The notes: generated by a model from the letters alone, not told the origin. 48,347 nucleotides of DNA from Methanomicrobiales archaeon (GCA_035506435.1 DATJPK010000166.1:1-48347); one strand, 5' to 3'. Positions 26,521 to 36,106 are shown, numbered from the stretch's first letter. Translations and numbers: made by a program.

Positions 26521-27047
26521 TGCACCGGCGCCTCCCCGAGGCCGAGCGGTCGTCCCTCCGGAGGCCCTTCGGGGAGGTGTATCCCGACATCCGTTCCCTC
26601 CTCCCGAGGATCCGGGGGAGGACAGTCTATGCCGTCGGCGACGTGGTCACCCACAACCTGGTGAAGGAGGGCATCTCCCCCCGGGTCGCGATCATCGACG
26701 GCCACACGATGCGGGCGCCCTGCACCAGGGTGCCGGAGCTTCCCTTCCGGCGGATCCTCGCCCGCAACCCGGCCGGCACCATCTCCGACGAGCTCGTCCG
26801 GGCCATCCGGGACGCCGTGGAGAACCCCCCGGCCCTCATCTTCGTCGAGGGAGAGGAGGACCTCGCGGTCCTCCCCCTCGTGCTCGCCGCCCCGCAGGGA
26901 GCGGTGATCCTCTACGGGCAGCCGAAGGAGGGGGTGGTCCTCCGGGAGGTCGACCGGGAGGCGAAAGCCCTTGCGACGGCCTTCGTGGAGAGGTTCGTCC
27001 ACGAGGAGAATTCCGGGCCGGCAGGAGAGGCACCACCCTTTAAATAA
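26520..27047 (+). CDS. GTP-dependent dephospho-CoA kinase (DUF359 family)
   Basis: ATG overlaps the spt4 TGA by 1 nt. MHRRLPEAERSSLRRPFGEVY...VGDVV...IIDG...EGEEDLAVLP matches my recollection of the DUF359 pattern. Conserved slot between spt4 and rps24e. Confidence 0.75.
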   Translation: MHRRLPEAERSSLRRPFGEVYPDIRSLLPRIRGRTVYAVGDVVTHNLVKEGISPRVAIIDGHTMRAPCTRVPELPFRRILARNPAGTISDELVRAIRDAVENPPALIFVEGEEDLAVLPLVLAAPQGAVILYGQPKEGVVLREVDREAKALATAFVERFVHEENSGPAGEAPPFK

Positions 27048-27075
27048 ACAGGGAGCAAATGTATGGAGGATACCG

Positions 27076-27531
27076 ATGATACCAACGGCTGATCTCAAGG
27101 TCACGGGGGACCGGAGGAACGAGCTCCTCAAGCGCAGGGAGCTCACCTTCACCCTGGGATACACGGGGAGCACCCCCTCCCGGAGCGAGGTGATGGGCAA
27201 GGTCTGCGCCATCCTGAACCTCGACGAGAAAAAGGTGGTGCTCGATTCGGTGAAGACCCGGTTCGGGGAGAGGACGATGCTCGGCTCCGCGAGGGTGTAC
27301 GACGACGAGGCGAGCCTTGCGCGGACCGAGCAGCCTTACCTCTCGGCCCGGGGCAAACCGAAGGCAAAGGAGGGGGCAGAGGCCGAGCCGGCACAGGCGG
27401 CCCCGAAGGAGGCCGCAGCGGCCGCCGCACCAAAGGAGGCGGCAAAGGAAGCTCCCAAAGAGGCCCCGAAGGAGGCCCATAAGCCCGCGCCGAAGCCTGC
27501 AAAGGAGCCTGCGAAGGAGGCGGGTGCCTGA
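27076..27531 (+). CDS. rps24e: 30S ribosomal protein S24e with a ~60-aa Ala/Lys/Pro/Glu-rich C-terminal extension
   Basis: ATG at 27076, preceded by [31 protein letters not shown] core. Confidence 0.9.
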   Translation: MIPTADLKVTGDRRNELLKRRELTFTLGYTGSTPSRSEVMGKVCAILNLDEKKVVLDSVKTRFGERTMLGSARVYDDEASLARTEQPYLSARGKPKAKEGAEAEPAQAAPKEAAAAAAPKEAAKEAPKEAPKEAHKPAPKPAKEPAKEAGA

Positions 27532-27692
27532 TGGCAGCGAAGCGGTCGTCCTACTATACCCTGCAGGACGGGAAGGCGGTCCCCACGAGGAAGCACTGCC
27601 CCCGGTGTGGCCCCGGAGTCCTCATGGCCGAGCACAAGGACCGGGTCTCCTGCGGCCGGTGCGGGTACACCGAGTTCAAGAAAAAGGAATAA
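27531..27692 (+). CDS. rps27ae: 30S ribosomal protein S27ae
   Basis: 53 aa, below the ORF-track cutoff: [54 protein letters not shown]4 zinc ribbon. ATG overlaps the rps24e TGA. Confidence 0.85.
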   Translation: MAAKRSSYYTLQDGKAVPTRKHCPRCGPGVLMAEHKDRVSCGRCGYTEFKKKE

Positions 27693-27716
27693 GAAAGAAC
27701 TGCGAAATTACCAGTG

Positions 27717-29294
27717 ATGCAGAAAGGGCCAGTGCTGGGGATCGAGGGCACGGCCTGGAACCTCTCTGCCTCGGTCTTCGATGAAGACCTGGTCACCCTT
27801 TTTTCCAATGCCTATAAGCCCCCGCAGGGCGGCATCCATCCCCGGGAGGCCGCCCAGCACCATGCCCAGGTTATGAAGGAGGTGGTCGCCCGGGCACTGG
27901 AGGGAGTTCCCTCCATCTCGGGCGTGGCCTTCTCGCAGGGGCCCGGCCTCGGCCCCTGCCTCCGGACGACCGCGACCGCCGCACGGGCGCTCGCCCTCGG
28001 CCGGGGAGTCCCCCTCGTCGGGGTGAACCACTGCGTCGCCCACGTCGAGATCGGCCGGTTCGCAACGGGCTTCAACGATCCCATTGTTCTCTACGTGAGC
28101 GGTGCGAACACGCAGGTCCTCGGGTTCCTGAACCGGAGGTACCGGATTTTCGGCGAGACCCTCGATATCGGCCTCGGGAACGCCCTCGACAAGTTCGCCC
28201 GGACCATGGACCTCCCCCACCCCGGCGGGCCTGCCATCGAGGCCCTCGCCGCGAAGGGGGAGCCGGTCGCACTTCCCTACACCGTGAAGGGGATGGACCT
28301 TGCCTTTTCGGGCATCGTCTCGGCGGCAAAGGAGGCGAAGGCCCCCGTCGGGGATGTCTGCGCCGGCCTGCAGGAAACCGCCTTTGCGATGTGCGTCGAG
28401 GTGACCGAGCGGGCCCTCGCTCACGCCGGGAAGGAGGAGGTAATCCTCGTCGGCGGGGTCGGGGCAAACCGCCGGCTCCAGCAGATGGTCCGGGAGATGT
28501 GCGAGGACCGGGGGGCACGGTTCGCGGTGCCCGAGCCCCGTTACCTGGGGGACAACGGCGCCATGATCGCCTACACCGGGAGGCTCATGCTCGCCTCGGG
28601 CCGGTCGCTCCCGATCGAGGAGTCCCACATCATCCCCGGCTACCGGGCCGACGATGTCGAGGTGACCTGGCGGGCGCCCGGCGAGGGGATGGTCATCCGG
28701 CACAACGTCAGGGAGGACGGGACCGAGGAGGCACGCGGGGCGGAGGCGGTGGTCACCATCGGGAAGGACGCGGTGGAGAAGCGCCGGTGCGGCAAGCGGT
28801 ACCGGGTCCCGTCACTCGATGCCCGGCTCATCGCCGAGCGGACCCGGGCCGAGTCACGGATCATCTCCCAGGCCCGGAGGAGCGGGGTCCCGACCCCGGT
28901 CATCAGGGACGTCACGGGAGATACCCTCGTGATGGAGCGGGTGCAGGGGCCGCTCCTCAAGGAGGCGCTTACCCCCGGAACCGTCCGGGAGGCAGGGAGG
29001 ATGGTGGGGAGGCTCCATTCGGCGGGGATCATCCACGGGGACCTCACCACGAGTAACATCATCGTCCGGGGAGAGGGCTGCGTGCTCATCGATTTCGGCC
29101 TCGCGCTCGTTTCTTCCGATGTCGAAGCCCGCGGGGTGGACCTCCATGTCTTCTTCCAGACGCTGGAAAGCACCACAGCGGACCATGCGGCACTCCAGGA
29201 GGCCTTCACCGAGGGGTACGCCGAGGAGTTCCCCGGGTACGAGGACGTGCTCGCGAGGGAGCGGGAGATCGAGCACCGGGGGCGATACCTGTGA
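27717..29294 (+). CDS. kae1: bifunctional Kae1 (tRNA t6A threonylcarbamoyltransferase) / Bud32 kinase fusion
   Basis: ATG at 27717 (a GTG at 27714 is also possible). N-terminal ASKHA fold (LGIEGTAWN..., HCVAHVEIG, GGVGANRRL), plus a C-terminal RIO-like Bud32 (GAEAVV...KRYR..., IIHGDLTTSNIIV, LIDFGLA). Confidence 0.9.
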   Translation: MQKGPVLGIEGTAWNLSASVFDEDLVTLFSNAYKPPQGGIHPREAAQHHAQVMKEVVARALEGVPSISGVAFSQGPGLGPCLRTTATAARALALGRGVPLVGVNHCVAHVEIGRFATGFNDPIVLYVSGANTQVLGFLNRRYRIFGETLDIGLGNALDKFARTMDLPHPGGPAIEALAAKGEPVALPYTVKGMDLAFSGIVSAAKEAKAPVGDVCAGLQETAFAMCVEVTERALAHAGKEEVILVGGVGANRRLQQMVREMCEDRGARFAVPEPRYLGDNGAMIAYTGRLMLASGRSLPIEESHIIPGYRADDVEVTWRAPGEGMVIRHNVREDGTEEARGAEAVVTIGKDAVEKRRCGKRYRVPSLDARLIAERTRAESRIISQARRSGVPTPVIRDVTGDTLVMERVQGPLLKEALTPGTVREAGRMVGRLHSAGIIHGDLTTSNIIVRGEGCVLIDFGLALVSSDVEARGVDLHVFFQTLESTTADHAALQEAFTEGYAEEFPGYEDVLAREREIEHRGRYL

Positions 29295-29839
29295 GGCTCG
29301 CGGTGGTCACCTCGAATGCCCACAAGGCTCGGGAGGTGGAGGCCTTCTTCGGGGGCAACCCCGCCGTCGAGCACGTTAAGCTCGAGTGCCCCGAGTTCCG
29401 GAATTCCGACGTGGGGGAGATCGCCGGGGGAAAGGCGAAGTTTGCCTGGGAACATCTGGACCGCCCCCTGATCGTTGACGATACGGCGTTTTCGGTGCAG
29501 GCCCTGAAGGGGTTCCCCGGGCCATACGCGGCGTTCGTCCTCGACACGATCGGGTACCAGGGGATCCTCCGGCTTCTTGAGGACGCGGATGAGCGGGGGG
29601 CTTTTTTTGAAACGGCGATCGGGTATGCCGATGAGTCGGGTATCCGCATCTTCCGGGGCCGGATCGACGGGGTCATCACCAGCTCACCGAGGGGCCGGGA
29701 GGGGTTTGGGTACGACCCGATCTTCGAAGTGGACGGGCGGACACTCGCCGAACACTCCCTCGAAGAGAAGAGCCGGATCTCCCACCGGGCCCGGGCGCTC
29801 GGGGCTTTCAGGGACTGGTGGCGAGCAGGCCACCGGTAA
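29291..29839 (+). CDS. rdgB: non-canonical purine NTP pyrophosphatase (RdgB/HAM1 family)
   Basis: GTG start forms a GTGA overlap with the kae1 stop. TSNAHKAREV, FGYDPIF and SHRARA motifs. Confidence 0.85.
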   Translation: MRLAVVTSNAHKAREVEAFFGGNPAVEHVKLECPEFRNSDVGEIAGGKAKFAWEHLDRPLIVDDTAFSVQALKGFPGPYAAFVLDTIGYQGILRLLEDADERGAFFETAIGYADESGIRIFRGRIDGVITSSPRGREGFGYDPIFEVDGRTLAEHSLEEKSRISHRARALGAFRDWWRAGHR

Positions 29840-29873
29840 CTTTATCAGGGACCGGGCGCGTAGTGGAGAAATC

Positions 29874-30440
29874 ATGGGAAAGATCGGTTCGTTCACCCAC
29901 GTGTCTCTCGACGGGTTCTTCGCCGGTCCGAACGGTGAGATCGACTGGTTCAAGGGCGGGGACGAGGAGGACCGTGAATTTTCGGCGCGGGCATCGGGAG
30001 GGTCAGGGACCCTGATCTTCGGTCGCACGACATACGAGATGATGGCCTCGTACTGGCCGACCCCGGAGGCGATGAAGATGGACCCTGACGTGGCCCGGGT
30101 GATGAACACAACGCCGAAGATGGTTTTCTCGAGGACCATGAAACCCGTGATGGACGGTCGAGTCTGGAAAAACGTGCAGGTCATCAACGAGATCAGGCGG
30201 GACGAGATCATGAAAATGAAGCGGGAAGCGGATCGGGACTTCGTCATCCTCGGGAGCGGCTCCATTGTCCAGCAGTTCGCCCGGCTCGGCCTCATCGATG
30301 AATACCAGCTCATGGTCAACCCGGTCATCCTCGGGGCCGGGAAGTACCTTTTCAGAGACGTGGACCGGATGAACCTGGAACTCCTCGAAACGAGACCCTT
30401 CAGGAACGGGAAGGTGTTTCTGAGGTACCGGCCGGCATAA
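29874..30440 (+). CDS. dihydrofolate reductase family protein (RibD C-terminal domain-like)
   Basis: In-frame ATG at 29874 ([25 protein letters not shown]...GRTTYEMM...[10 protein letters not shown]...[16 protein letters not shown]). Confidence 0.75.
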   Translation: MGKIGSFTHVSLDGFFAGPNGEIDWFKGGDEEDREFSARASGGSGTLIFGRTTYEMMASYWPTPEAMKMDPDVARVMNTTPKMVFSRTMKPVMDGRVWKNVQVINEIRRDEIMKMKREADRDFVILGSGSIVQQFARLGLIDEYQLMVNPVILGAGKYLFRDVDRMNLELLETRPFRNGKVFLRYRPA

Positions 30441-30496
30441 CCCTTATCACCGCCGGCCTCCATTTATTACAGGCTGAACGAGGAGGATCTCGAGTC

Positions 30497-30643
30497 ATGG
30501 CACGGTTTCCCGAGGCGGAGGCGCGTCTCCTGAATGTGCAGATCTGCATGCGCTGCAATGCAAGGAACGCCCCCCGCGCCACGCACTGCCGCAAGTGCAA
30601 CTACACGCACCTGCGCCCGAAGAACAAGGAACGGAAAGACTGA
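30497..30643 (+). CDS. rpl40e: 50S ribosomal protein L40e
   Basis: 48 aa, below the ORF-track cutoff: [49 protein letters not shown]4 zinc ribbon. AGGAGGA lies 10 nt upstream. Confidence 0.85.
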   Translation: MARFPEAEARLLNVQICMRCNARNAPRATHCRKCNYTHLRPKNKERKD

Positions 30644-30649
30644 GAAAAT

Positions 30650-30672
30650 CTTTTTTTCCCGGTTTCTTTTTT
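30650..30672 (+). terminator. oligo-T tracts after rpl40e (archaeal intrinsic terminator-like)
   Basis: CTTTTTTTCCCGGTTTCTTTTTT immediately after the TGA at 30641-30643. Confidence 0.45.
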
Positions 30673-30701
30673 CGTCCCGGTATTTCGGATTTTCCCATTG
30701 G

Positions 30702-31358
30702 TCACGCGCTGTAATAGGTGACCTTCTTTCCCTTCTCCGAGTATTCGCCGGCGAAGGTCTCGATGTTCCGCTTGTACCCGATCCGCTCGATGACCCCCAT
30801 CTCCCTGAGCCGTTCCCTGACCCGCATGACGTCTGCCTCGTCTGCCCAGTCCTTCGTGTACACGTAGATCACCTTGCGCGTGTCGCGGGACTCGGGGTTC
30901 GGCTTGGCTGTCGAGACCTTTGCCGAGATCCCGAGTTCGCCTGCCGCGGTGGCGTTCCTGATCTTCTGCCAGAGCTCCTCGACCCCGGCATCCTCCCGGA
31001 AGACGAGCCACTTGCCCGCCGTCTCGGCGTCGATGGCCCCGGCCGCCGTATCAGGGGCGTCCTGGACGATCCAGTACATGAGGGTGGTCTTCGTCGGGAC
31101 TACCCCTTCGCCCTGCGTGAGCAGGGTGTAGAGCGCGTCGGTTGACCCGAACCGTGCGGCGAGCGCCTCTGCAAGCGACGGGTAGTCGGCCGCGAACCGT
31201 GAGAAGATGGCGGTGAAGTCGGGCCGGAAATCGGTGCCGGCCTCGACGAGCCCGAAGAGGGAGCGGCCCTGCTCCCGGAGGCCCCGCGAGAGGAGGATCT
31301 CGAAGAGGCCGTAGGCGACATCAGACAGGTCCCCTTCCCCTTCCTCCTCCCCGGCCAT
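30702..31358 (-). CDS. conserved hypothetical two-domain protein (C-terminal domain resembles the DUF1917 / 'putative phosphothreonine lyase domain' family; uncertain)
   Basis: 218-aa ORF with native codon usage. C-terminal GKWLVFREDAGVEELWQKI...GELGISAKVSTA...VIYVYTKDWADEADVMRVRERLREMG pattern, recalled from archaeal annotations. Confidence 0.7.
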   Translation of the reverse strand: MAGEEEGEGDLSDVAYGLFEILLSRGLREQGRSLFGLVEAGTDFRPDFTAIFSRFAADYPSLAEALAARFGSTDALYTLLTQGEGVVPTKTTLMYWIVQDAPDTAAGAIDAETAGKWLVFREDAGVEELWQKIRNATAAGELGISAKVSTAKPNPESRDTRKVIYVYTKDWADEADVMRVRERLREMGVIERIGYKRNIETFAGEYSEKGKKVTYYSA

Positions 31359-31547
31359 ACAAACCAGTGTCAGATCGCCGCGAGTTAAAAGGATTCCCCT
31401 TCGCAGGAACCCCTGCGGGCCGCCCCGGTTCCCCCCTGCGCGATACCCGTGAATCGCCGTTCGTTTCCCCAGGGAAGCCGCAAAAACGCTCCAATTCGGG
31501 CGCGGTCGAATGTATTAAGAGGAGGATTCCCTTATAATTAGGATACT

Positions 31548-32435
31548 ATGAAGTGGCAGCGCGACTTCGGACTTACCGTGCGGGTATGGTTCACGATGTT
31601 TCTCCTCCTCATCGTGTACCTCATCTTCATCGCCGTGCTCTCGGCCCTCGGGGTGGGGGTCGCCGGGCTCATCCTCGTCGCAGGGGGCCTCGCATTCGTC
31701 CAGTACTTCTTCTCGGACAAGCTCGTCCTCTGGACGACGAGGGCACGCATCGTCGGGGACCAGGAGTTCCCCGAGCTCCATGCCATGGTCGCCCGGCTCG
31801 CCGCCGAGGCGGACCTCCCGACGCCGAAGGTCGCCGTCATGCAGACGCCGGTGCCGAACGCCTTTGCCACCGGCCGGAGCCCGAGCCACGCCGTCGTCGC
31901 GGTGACCGATTCCATCATGCGGGTCCTCCAGCCGAAGGAGCTCGAGGCGGTCATCGCCCACGAGCTCACCCACGTGAAGAACCGGGACGTCCTCACCCTC
32001 ACCATCGCCTCCTTCCTCGCCATGGTCGCGGCCATCATCATGCAGAACGCCTGGCTCTTCTCCCTCGGCAACCGCAGGGACCAGGGAAATCCCTGGCTCA
32101 TCGCCTGGATCGTGGCCATCGTCGTCTGGCTCGTTTCGACGCTCCTCATCCGGTCCCTCTCCCGGTACCGGGAATTCGCCGCCGACCGGGGGAGTGCCCT
32201 CATCACGAGACGCCCGCATGACCTGATCACCGCGCTTCAGAAGATCAGCCAGCGGATGGACTATGTCCCGCCCGAGCAGAAGCAGGCCGTCGAGGGTGCG
32301 AACATGTTCTACATCATCCCGGCCATCTCGGGAAGGAGCATCCTGGAGCTCTTCTCCACCCACCCGCCCCTCGAAAAGAGGGTCGCGGCTCTGGAGAGAA
32401 TCGAGGCCGAGCTGGCATCCGGGGCCGGGGTATAA
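31548..32435 (+). CDS. htpX: zinc metalloprotease HtpX (M48 family)
   Basis: HELTHVKNRD HExxH motif, 4 hydrophobic segments, C-terminal STHPPLEKR. Confidence 0.9.
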   Translation: MKWQRDFGLTVRVWFTMFLLLIVYLIFIAVLSALGVGVAGLILVAGGLAFVQYFFSDKLVLWTTRARIVGDQEFPELHAMVARLAAEADLPTPKVAVMQTPVPNAFATGRSPSHAVVAVTDSIMRVLQPKELEAVIAHELTHVKNRDVLTLTIASFLAMVAAIIMQNAWLFSLGNRRDQGNPWLIAWIVAIVVWLVSTLLIRSLSRYREFAADRGSALITRRPHDLITALQKISQRMDYVPPEQKQAVEGANMFYIIPAISGRSILELFSTHPPLEKRVAALERIEAELASGAGV

Positions 32436-32464
32436 TCCACTTCTTTTCCTGCCAGGGGTGCCCG

Positions 32465-33448
32465 ATGGGGGATGAGGACAGGCCGGTCGTCGCCGTCGAC
32501 CTCGGGGCCACGACCACCCGGGTCGCCCTCTTCGGACCGGGCGGAAAAATCCTTGCGCAAAACGCCGCTCCTACCCCGTCTACCGGCGATTCGCCGGAGG
32601 TGATCGCCCGCCGCCTGGCAACACTCATCCGGAGGCTCCTCCCTTCCATCCCGGGGTCCTCCCCCGCGGCCCTCGGGATATCGGCTGCCGGGCCCATCGA
32701 CCATCGCCGGGGGTCGATCGTACGGCCCCCCAACCTGCCCTTCGGAGAAATTCCCCTCGCGGACCCCCTCGGTGAGGAGTTCGGCCTTCCTGTCCGGCTC
32801 GCGAATGACTGCCATGCCGGGGTCCTCGGGGAGGTGGTCTTCGGGGCCGGAGCAGGCTGCCCGGACCTCGTGTACGTCACCCTCTCGACCGGCATCGGCG
32901 GCGGGGTCGTCTCGAACGGGAGGCTCGTCCTCGGGAGGGACGGGAACGCTGCCGAGATCGGGCATTTCCACGTCGACAGCTCCTGGAACCTCCCCTGCGG
33001 CTGCGGCGGAACGGGCCACTGGGAGGGATATGCATCGGGCCGGTTCATCCCCCGGTTCTTCGGGGAGTGGTGCCGGTCGTCCGGCCTGGATCCGGCGGGA
33101 ATCGACGGATCATCGGCAGCGGGCATCTTCGCGGCGGCCGGGAAAGGAGACCGGGTGGCCCTCGGGTTCATGGAAGCCCTCGGGAAGATCAACGGGAGGG
33201 GCATCTCGGACGTCATCGTCGCCTACGACCCTTCGCGGATCATCCTGGACGGCTCGGTCGTCCTCCGGAACGAGGACCTCGTCCTCGCGCCCCTCATCGC
33301 CCACGTCGACCGGTTCCTCCCCCTCCCGGAGATACGGCTCACCGCCCTCGACGGCCTCGCGCCCCTGTACGGGGCTTCAGTTCTCGCGAGGGGCTATGAT
33401 ACCGTGATCGGGACACTCCTCCCCGGTGAGCATCCGCGAAGGCTTTAA
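32465..33448 (+). CDS. ROK family sugar kinase (glucokinase-like)
   Basis: DLGATTTRVAL phosphate-1 motif and ROK zinc motif CGCGGTGHWE. Confidence 0.85.
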   Translation: MGDEDRPVVAVDLGATTTRVALFGPGGKILAQNAAPTPSTGDSPEVIARRLATLIRRLLPSIPGSSPAALGISAAGPIDHRRGSIVRPPNLPFGEIPLADPLGEEFGLPVRLANDCHAGVLGEVVFGAGAGCPDLVYVTLSTGIGGGVVSNGRLVLGRDGNAAEIGHFHVDSSWNLPCGCGGTGHWEGYASGRFIPRFFGEWCRSSGLDPAGIDGSSAAGIFAAAGKGDRVALGFMEALGKINGRGISDVIVAYDPSRIILDGSVVLRNEDLVLAPLIAHVDRFLPLPEIRLTALDGLAPLYGASVLARGYDTVIGTLLPGEHPRRL

Positions 33449-33480
33449 TCCCGGTCGGGCCTACCCTCAACGATCAACGC

Positions 33481-34875
33481 ATGGCGCATCCCCCGCTCCC
33501 GGTACCGGAACTCCAGGGCAGGATCCGGGACATAAGGAAACGGTACGAGGAGGACCTCGCCCTCCTTGTCGGTATCCCGAGCGTGAGCTCCGAGCCGGGA
33601 CATGCCCCCGATGTCCAGCGGTGCGCAGAGGCAGCGGCCGGCCTCCTCACGGGCATCGGTGCCCGGGTTGAGATTATGCCCACCGGGGGACACCCCGTCA
33701 TATCCGGTGCCCTCGCCGCCCGTCCCGGTAACCCCACGGTGGCCCTCTACAACCATCTCGACGTCCAGCCTGCCGATCCGGCTGAATGGGACACGGACCC
33801 CTTCTCACTCACCCTTGCCCGGGGCCGGTATTATGGACGGGGCGCAACGGATGACAAGGGACCTGCCCTCGCGGCAATGACCGCGGTATCCCTCGCGGTG
33901 GACGCCGGGATCCCGCTGAACTTCCGGTTCATCTGGGAGCTCGAGGAGGAGATCGGCAGCCCCCACTTTCCCTCCTTCCTCAGGAAAAACAGGCCGAAGG
34001 TCCGGGCAGACTCGGTGATCGTCTCGGACACCATCTGGGTGGCCCGCGGGACCCCTTCCATCCCCTACGGGCTCCGCGGGCTGCTCCCCGCCACCCTCTC
34101 CCTCGAAACCGCGAAGGCCGATGTCCACTCCGGGGTGGCCGGGGGGGTCGCGAGGAACCCGCTCCTCGAGATCTCGCAGCTCCTCGCCGCCTGCTGCGAT
34201 GCGGCGACCGGGGAGGTGAAGATCCCGGGGTTTTACGACGGGATCCGGAGGCCCGATCCGAAGGAGCTGAAGCGGTTCGTCTCTGCCTCGGGATTCACGG
34301 CACAGGGATTCGCCCGTGACCTCGGGCTTGGCTCCGTCCGCCGGAACATCCGGACGGGAATCGACGCGGTCAGGGCGTTTTCCTCGATGCCGACCTTCGA
34401 GGTGCACGGCATTACCGGCGGGTACACCGGCCCGGGGGCAAAGGCCATCGTCCCCCACCGGGCCGGGGCAAAGGTCTCGATGCGCCTCGTCCCCGGCCAG
34501 GACCCGGCCCGGGTCGCACGGCTCTTCCGGGCGTTCGTGAAGCGGGTGAACCCCGATGTCAGGGTGACCTTCGCCCCTGCTCTCCAGCCGTACCTCGGAG
34601 ACCACCGTGGCCCGTACGCCCTCGCGGCCCGGGCAGCGATGCGGGCCGGGTTCGGAAAGGACCCGGTCTTCTCACGGGAAGGGGGGTCCATCGGGGCGGT
34701 GACCGCCCTGGACGGGATTCTCGGGGTCCCGATCAGCTTCCTCGGCCTCTCCCTCCCGTCGCATGGCTACCACTCGGCCAACGAGCACTTCGACTGGCGG
34801 CAGGCCTCGGGAGGGATCCGGATGTTCCTCAATTATTTTGAGGCCATTTCACGGATCAGGCCCCGGAGCGGGTAG
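33481..34875 (+). CDS. M20 family metallopeptidase/dipeptidase
   Basis: LYNHLDVQPA and GRGATDDKGP motifs. C-terminal HSANEH. Confidence 0.85.
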   Translation: MAHPPLPVPELQGRIRDIRKRYEEDLALLVGIPSVSSEPGHAPDVQRCAEAAAGLLTGIGARVEIMPTGGHPVISGALAARPGNPTVALYNHLDVQPADPAEWDTDPFSLTLARGRYYGRGATDDKGPALAAMTAVSLAVDAGIPLNFRFIWELEEEIGSPHFPSFLRKNRPKVRADSVIVSDTIWVARGTPSIPYGLRGLLPATLSLETAKADVHSGVAGGVARNPLLEISQLLAACCDAATGEVKIPGFYDGIRRPDPKELKRFVSASGFTAQGFARDLGLGSVRRNIRTGIDAVRAFSSMPTFEVHGITGGYTGPGAKAIVPHRAGAKVSMRLVPGQDPARVARLFRAFVKRVNPDVRVTFAPALQPYLGDHRGPYALAARAAMRAGFGKDPVFSREGGSIGAVTALDGILGVPISFLGLSLPSHGYHSANEHFDWRQASGGIRMFLNYFEAISRIRPRSG

Positions 34876-34957
34876 AAATCCCGGACCCCGGTAGTCCCTC
34901 ACCTGGTATCCCGATGCCCGATTGATCTTCCCCGGGTCCCGTTTTCACCCTCCCTTT

Positions 34958-36070
34958 CTATGGTGTCGATCCAGACGCCCCAAAGGCTTTCGCGGCCTGG
35001 GCCCTGGCCTCTTCTGCGGCCGTGGCTGCACGCTTGGTGATCTGCTCGGAGAACACGTCAAAGATGCTGTCAAGGGAATACCCGCTCGCAAGAGCCATCT
35101 GCCAGGATATCGATGTCTGGGTGAAGACAAGCCCGACGAAAACGGCCATGAGCATCAGCCAGGACCTGAACACCGCCGATTCCCTGCTGTGGACATACCT
35201 GAGCATTTCGCCGAAGGCGGAACTTGCTATGCCACTTCCGGCACGCTCATCCTTCAGGAGGTCGATGGCCCCGTGCCCGATGGCGCCGATCACCAGGAAC
35301 GTGTAGACCGTAATCAGGTTCAGGGACATGGTACTTGGAATCGGCCATCCAGGGCCGACCAGTCTGCTGAACACCGAGCTCAGCAACCATGGGGCGAGGT
35401 AACCGACAAGGAATAATCCGGCAAAGATGGCAAGACTCCCGGCCTGTCTCACCCTGTTCGGCGAGACCGCGATAATGACCCCCTGTGACGTGTCAACGAT
35501 ACCATCTACCCGCATGGGTTGATCATGCATCCATTCCAGGAGTTCCTTCTCCTGATCCGGGCAGACCACGTCCTTGAACACGTCGTGGAAGACCAGCCGC
35601 CCTCCGGTCCACTGGTTGTGCAGGTATTCATTCACCTGGCGGGGAATTACCATCCGGTTACAGAGCAGGATCGCCCGGCAGAGTTTCGGGTTGATGTCCC
35701 TGATCTTATCAGGAATATCCTTCTCGAGGTTCGTTGACCCCGCCAGGTTCTTCAGCTGGCCCAGTTCGCTCCCGACCTCCTCCCAGACGCAACTCAACCG
35801 TTCCATCGTTCCAGCCGATTTCTCCATCACGTTGCAATCGGCCTTCAGGAGGACCCCCGATTCCGTGAACAGTGTGTCGATCTTCCCCAGGTATTCTTTG
35901 AAATTAAATTCCTCGATCATGGAACCCGCGTTATGGGAATCATCCGCCCAGCTGTCGAGGAGCCCCTTGAGTTCCATCAGCCTCGCTCTCAGGGCCCTGA
36001 CACTCGCGTCCGCCCTCTTCTCCGCATCCCCGCCCTTGTCATCTCCCTGTTTCAGAAAACCAAAAGCCAT
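34958..36070 (-). CDS. hypothetical membrane protein (soluble helical N-terminal ~215 aa plus 3-4 TM segments); no family recognised
   Basis: 370-aa ORF, visibly lower GC than its flanks. GAGGGAGAGGG lies just upstream of the ATG, and AAATATATAAATAAAG (TATA-like) ~45 nt upstream. Hydrophobic segments AGSLAIFAGLFLVGYLAPWLL, LNLITVYTFLVIGAIGHGAI, WLMLMAVFVGLVF. Confidence 0.7.
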   Translation of the reverse strand: MAFGFLKQGDDKGGDAEKRADASVRALRARLMELKGLLDSWADDSHNAGSMIEEFNFKEYLGKIDTLFTESGVLLKADCNVMEKSAGTMERLSCVWEEVGSELGQLKNLAGSTNLEKDIPDKIRDINPKLCRAILLCNRMVIPRQVNEYLHNQWTGGRLVFHDVFKDVVCPDQEKELLEWMHDQPMRVDGIVDTSQGVIIAVSPNRVRQAGSLAIFAGLFLVGYLAPWLLSSVFSRLVGPGWPIPSTMSLNLITVYTFLVIGAIGHGAIDLLKDERAGSGIASSAFGEMLRYVHSRESAVFRSWLMLMAVFVGLVFTQTSISWQMALASGYSLDSIFDVFSEQITKRAATAAEEARAQAAKAFGASGSTP

Positions 36071-36106
36071 CCCTCTCCCTCGTATGAATGAGCCATACCT
36101 TCCGGT

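Noticed and set aside
27400-27530. Repetitive AAGGAGGC-type DNA in the rps24e tail (and the purine-rich run at 19405-19520 in aglB), considered as tandem DNA repeats or SD-like clusters.
   Set aside because: Both lie inside continuous reading frames and simply encode Lys/Glu/Ala/Pro low-complexity peptide. They are reported as protein features instead.
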